64,000 nt of DNA from Albugo candida. Lineage: Eukaryota. The notes beneath the pieces are model-generated. The model did not search any database. It had not been told where the DNA came from and saw only the letters and a list, made by a program, of their open reading frames with translations. Below, in pieces: positions 60,295-64,000 of the stretch. The stretch is from positions 62,001 through 126,000 of the forward strand of contig JBDOQK010000004.1 of NCBI GenBank assembly GCA_040437565.1, in the 5' to 3' direction. Each line of letters starts with the position of its first letter. Position 1 is the first letter of the stretch. The translations under genes and the position numbers were made by a program.

Positions 60295-63200
60295 ATGGAA
60301 GGAGTATCGTTAGACACCGCTGCTACTAGGATAAAGAGACGTAGATTACTGGACGATAGGCACGAATTGTACTCGAGAAATAACGGTTTTGAATCGGCAA
60401 ATGCAATGCAAGTATTCAATTCCAAGCGAATAAAGCCGCAAACAGATCAGATAAAGACAATAAACACCCCGCTACCACCTGCAATCTTCCCTTCGTACGA
60501 GAATTCCAGCTTGCGAATAAATTCTCATCCAACTTCTGGATCTCGTTTGGCACTTTCCGAAAGTCTACAGACGACTCAACTATCGGATACGGGTATAAGC
60601 GAAGACGCTAAAAACTGTCGTGTTCGACCGGTCGCACAAAGATTGTATTCAAGCAGTACGATGGGCGTTCAGCCGACCGTGGTAGGAGATGATTTGTTAA
60701 TATTGTGATGGGACTCAGTTGGCATATTATATTAGTTTTCAGGTCCATCTGGATTCTGTGTATCAAAGAAAATCAGTGACAGTCATGAAATAGCAAGAAA
60801 CACGGTAAGCAATGTGAAGTTGTCGCTTTTGTCGATTCAGGCGAAAGTCATGTTGCCATATAGAGGATCAAGACATTTGTTGGTCACATGGCTCCTGTAA
60901 ATGAGATACTGCAAAGCAGTACAAGCACCATTCCACGATATCCAATTCCTGTGTCTGTGGACTTTGGAACGATAATGCATTCGGTTCCCTCACATAACAA
61001 TGAGTTTTCGATTGAAGAAGATATAACGTATTCACAGGAAATGCTGCATGATCTATCCGTGCAAGAAACCCAAGCTCATGTGTACCTGGAGTTGGACCAA
61101 GAATTCACAAAAATACTGAATGATGATGAATTGAACAACATGATCCAACTCAATATGACTACAATACCTCTTTCTGATGTCTCAAGTCCCGTTGTGATCG
61201 GTCGTGACAAGTTTAAAGTCGTTTTTGGCGAGCAAATTCGAAAAGCGTCGACTTCACTGCTGAGTCGGAAGCATTGCTTATTTCATGTGAGTAAAATGGG
61301 TGGGAACGGTCCTTCGGGGTATTCTGTTTCCGTCGAAAATACCAGTACCAATGGAATTGAGGTCAATGGCGAACCCGTTCCTCGAGGAAGGACGAAATCG
61401 CTCGCTTGTGGAGATGCTGTGACATTGCTCCGTCTTCCGCAAAGTCAGGTCGGTCTATCATCTCACCTTGTGGATCCACAGAGCTCAACTGCGCACTTAG
61501 GCATTATCGAATCTTGCGATACGCTACACTTTATTTGACGAATCATCACCTGATCCGATCTACAATCATCATGTTGGAAGGCTCCTTGTCGATGAAATTA
61601 GCGTGACCAGTGAAAATCAAGACAATATGGTGATTACTGAGGATGAACGACATGCTCAAAATGTGTCTTTAGTCCAACAAACAAACTCGGGAGAATCATT
61701 TCGATGTGTAAGTGCGTTCCATTGAAAGTCAATTACTTTGACTGAACGCGCTTGTAGTCGGTGATGCTTGCACATTCGATATTGACAGATACGACAGACA
61801 CAAAGGTGAGCCAACGATTTGAGATGCGGAATTTGACTCACAACACGCCTGCTCCAGTTTAGCGATTTCAGAGATGAACTTCATTTGATGCTCTCCCCAA
61901 TTCTTTCGCACGGCTATATACAAGTATGCAAATGTCCAAGTTATTATGTTACATCACCATTCACCACAACTATACAGGTCGATTACGATACAGCAACGGA
62001 GACAGCATTGGAAAAAGCTGTGCAAACGACAGATTTAGTGATATTGGCTGAAAGTACGAGTACCTCACAAATGCAACAGATGCAAGGAATGACTTATAAT
62101 CCACTAGTAAAGCACTCGTTGGATCGACGTGGAATTATTCTGGTGAACGAAAATGGACTTCCGGAAACTCTCGAGAATACAAAGCTCAGAGAAATATGCC
62201 AAGGTATGGCAGCATACACGTTTAGTACGCCAAGTGACACACCTTCCTCATTCGGTCATTTATAGCGGCAGCACCGTCCAAACTTATCGTCGTTTTGTCG
62301 GAAGACTCTTCATGTGGTATGTTGGCATCGTATTTTCTCGAAATCATATTGAGACTCAGACGCCATACAGCAAAATCTCTTTTCGCTTGTGGAATTCCTC
62401 GTGTCATTTACGCGACTTCAAAGAACAAATACAGGCGACAAGTCGGTACTTTTATCCGGTACGAAAATGGCAAGTACTTTGGGCAACCCTTTCTGACCAT
62501 ACGCTTATCAGAATACTTATCGGTGGAATACTTCATGAATTCTCAATGAAGATGTGTTTTGAAAACGCTAAAAGTATGGCCTTCGAAGATTCAAAAACCA
62601 AAGACCAAAGTTTCGATCAAGTTGAGCTCTTCTCGACATTCAACGACCATACTGCCGTCCAAACCGAAGCAAAACAATTCAACACAAAGTGGGAAACCAT
62701 CGTAAAACAGAACTTTGTCAGCCTGAGCTCCTTCGTACTTCCCGATCCACCCGAACGTCTCGTTGATCGTAATCAGGAGATCGCCGAGGTATTTTTTCCC
62801 ACCTTCTGCCTCCAACTTTGTTGTATTCACCGTCTTACTACAGATTGTCAACTTTATAAGAACAAGTCCAGCTCGAGTGTGCAACTTGCATGGCCAGGAA
62901 GGTATCGGGAAGTCGACTATAGCTATTCACGTGGCGAAATACATCAGTCGGATGGTACGTTGCTCTCAAAGCATTCAGTATATATCACTTGGAGATTACG
63001 AGCGGAATATTCTCACCGAACAAGACGTCACCAATGTGGAGGCCACGTACGATTTCAATGTCGCGCTATTGAATCAGCTTCACAGCGACATTGAGGAGCT
63101 CAATACAGCCGTCAAGATGTGCGTTGTTGACTCCTATTTCCGCACAACTAAAGTCGAATGTACTGGCCGTTAGGGACGACTCGAGCTCGAGACTATTAAT

Positions 63201-63688
63201 TCTCGATGGCTGTGATTTCTATGTGGAAGCTCCAATTTGTGATTTTGTATCAGAGATCCTGCGTCAGTTTCCGAGCATGAAAGTGAGTATTCGACACAAC
63301 CAGTAACTTTATTCACTCTTTTGTATGCTTTAGATCATAACAACGTCAAGAAACAAGCTGCCGATCACCTCACAGACTTTAGCGAATGTCACCATAGGTT
63401 TGGAAATTCATTCTCTTACTGAAGAAAGCGCTGCAAAACTACTGATTGCATACTGCGAGGAGCCAATCGTCCGAAACAAATTGAAGAAATGTAAGTGGAA
63501 TTTCACATTGCGTGCTTTCGACATCTCCGTATTCATTGTTGATTGCAGCATCCGCGGACTGGCAATCTGACGACATGATCACTGTTATTCAGCAGCATCC
63601 AGCGGTAAAGCGTCTTCGTGGGAACCCATCACTACTGCGTCAATTAGCGCGCGAAATGCCGACAAAAGCAATGGATGAGCTCATTTGA
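60295..63688 (+). CDS. FHA + degenerate CHAT-like + STAND (NB-ARC-like) P-loop NTPase, multi-exon
   Basis: FHA (VIGR, LSRKH, STNG, GD), LPDPPERLVDRNQEI, Walker A LHGQEGIGKST, Walker B LLILDGCD, IITTSR, L..LTEESAAKLL, GNP.LL. Confidence 0.8.
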
Positions 63689-63857
63689 AGGGAATGCACA
63701 CAACAAGTACGATAAGACGGTCATTGTAATTGTAACACAGAAAATCGATCGAATTTGTCAGAAGAATCGACGGCACAATCAATTGAAAACGCAAATCTAT
63801 TGCGGCTGCACAGCTTAAAATCAGTAAGGCGATTTGAAGAAATAAGCATCCGCTACT

Positions 63858-64000
63858 CTAATTCCGGTTGGTACGCATCCGAAGAGCTTTTCGGCGCTTC
63901 CTGTGCTTGTGCTTGTTCATTTTCTTCTTTCGCTTCTTAAGCACGCTATCCGCATAAATCATGTCCACTTGCTGCAGCATCTCAGTTAAGTCACAGGTTA
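63858..64000 (-). CDS. Mitochondrial ribosomal protein mS38 (COX24/AURKAIP1-like), 3' end only
   Basis: ADSVLKKRKKKMNKHKHRKRRKALRMRTNRN*. Confidence 0.85.
   Translation of the reverse strand, partial: TCDLTEMLQQVDMIYADSVLKKRKKKMNKHKHRKRRKALRMRTNRN

Overview
Eukaryotic, gene-dense window with short (~45-60 nt) GT-AG introns. The gene content points to an oomycete (two-domain phosphagen kinase, oomycete-type Copia gag, CCT protein), and the compactness is most consistent with Albugo; the genus is an inference. It is a draft scaffold with about 21 runs of 100 N, most flanked by a duplicated overlap that is an assembly or haplotype artefact. Housekeeping genes: VPS13/chorein-N protein (partial, absent from the ORF track), PP2C, PSMA5, uridine kinase, NPL4, ATAD3, annexin, cyclophilin H, Asp-tRNA synthetase, FANCB-like, ABHD4/5-like hydrolase, V-ATPase C, nucleoplasmin-FKBP, CDK5RAP3/C53, phosphagen kinase, CCT protein, PIG-T, a sulfotransferase and mS38. 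Four accessory patches (3.2-7.1, 14.7-22.6, 29.4-30.2 and 44-50.1 kb) each contain members of one unrecognised coiled-coil gene family: five copies, four of which share a conserved 5' flank, with a 105-bp internal repeat, internal inversions and LTR-like insertions. The two most interesting items are this coiled-coil cassette family and an NLR-like FHA + inactive CHAT-like + STAND NTPase gene at 60.3-63.7 kb. All translations and alignments were done by eye, with no database searches.
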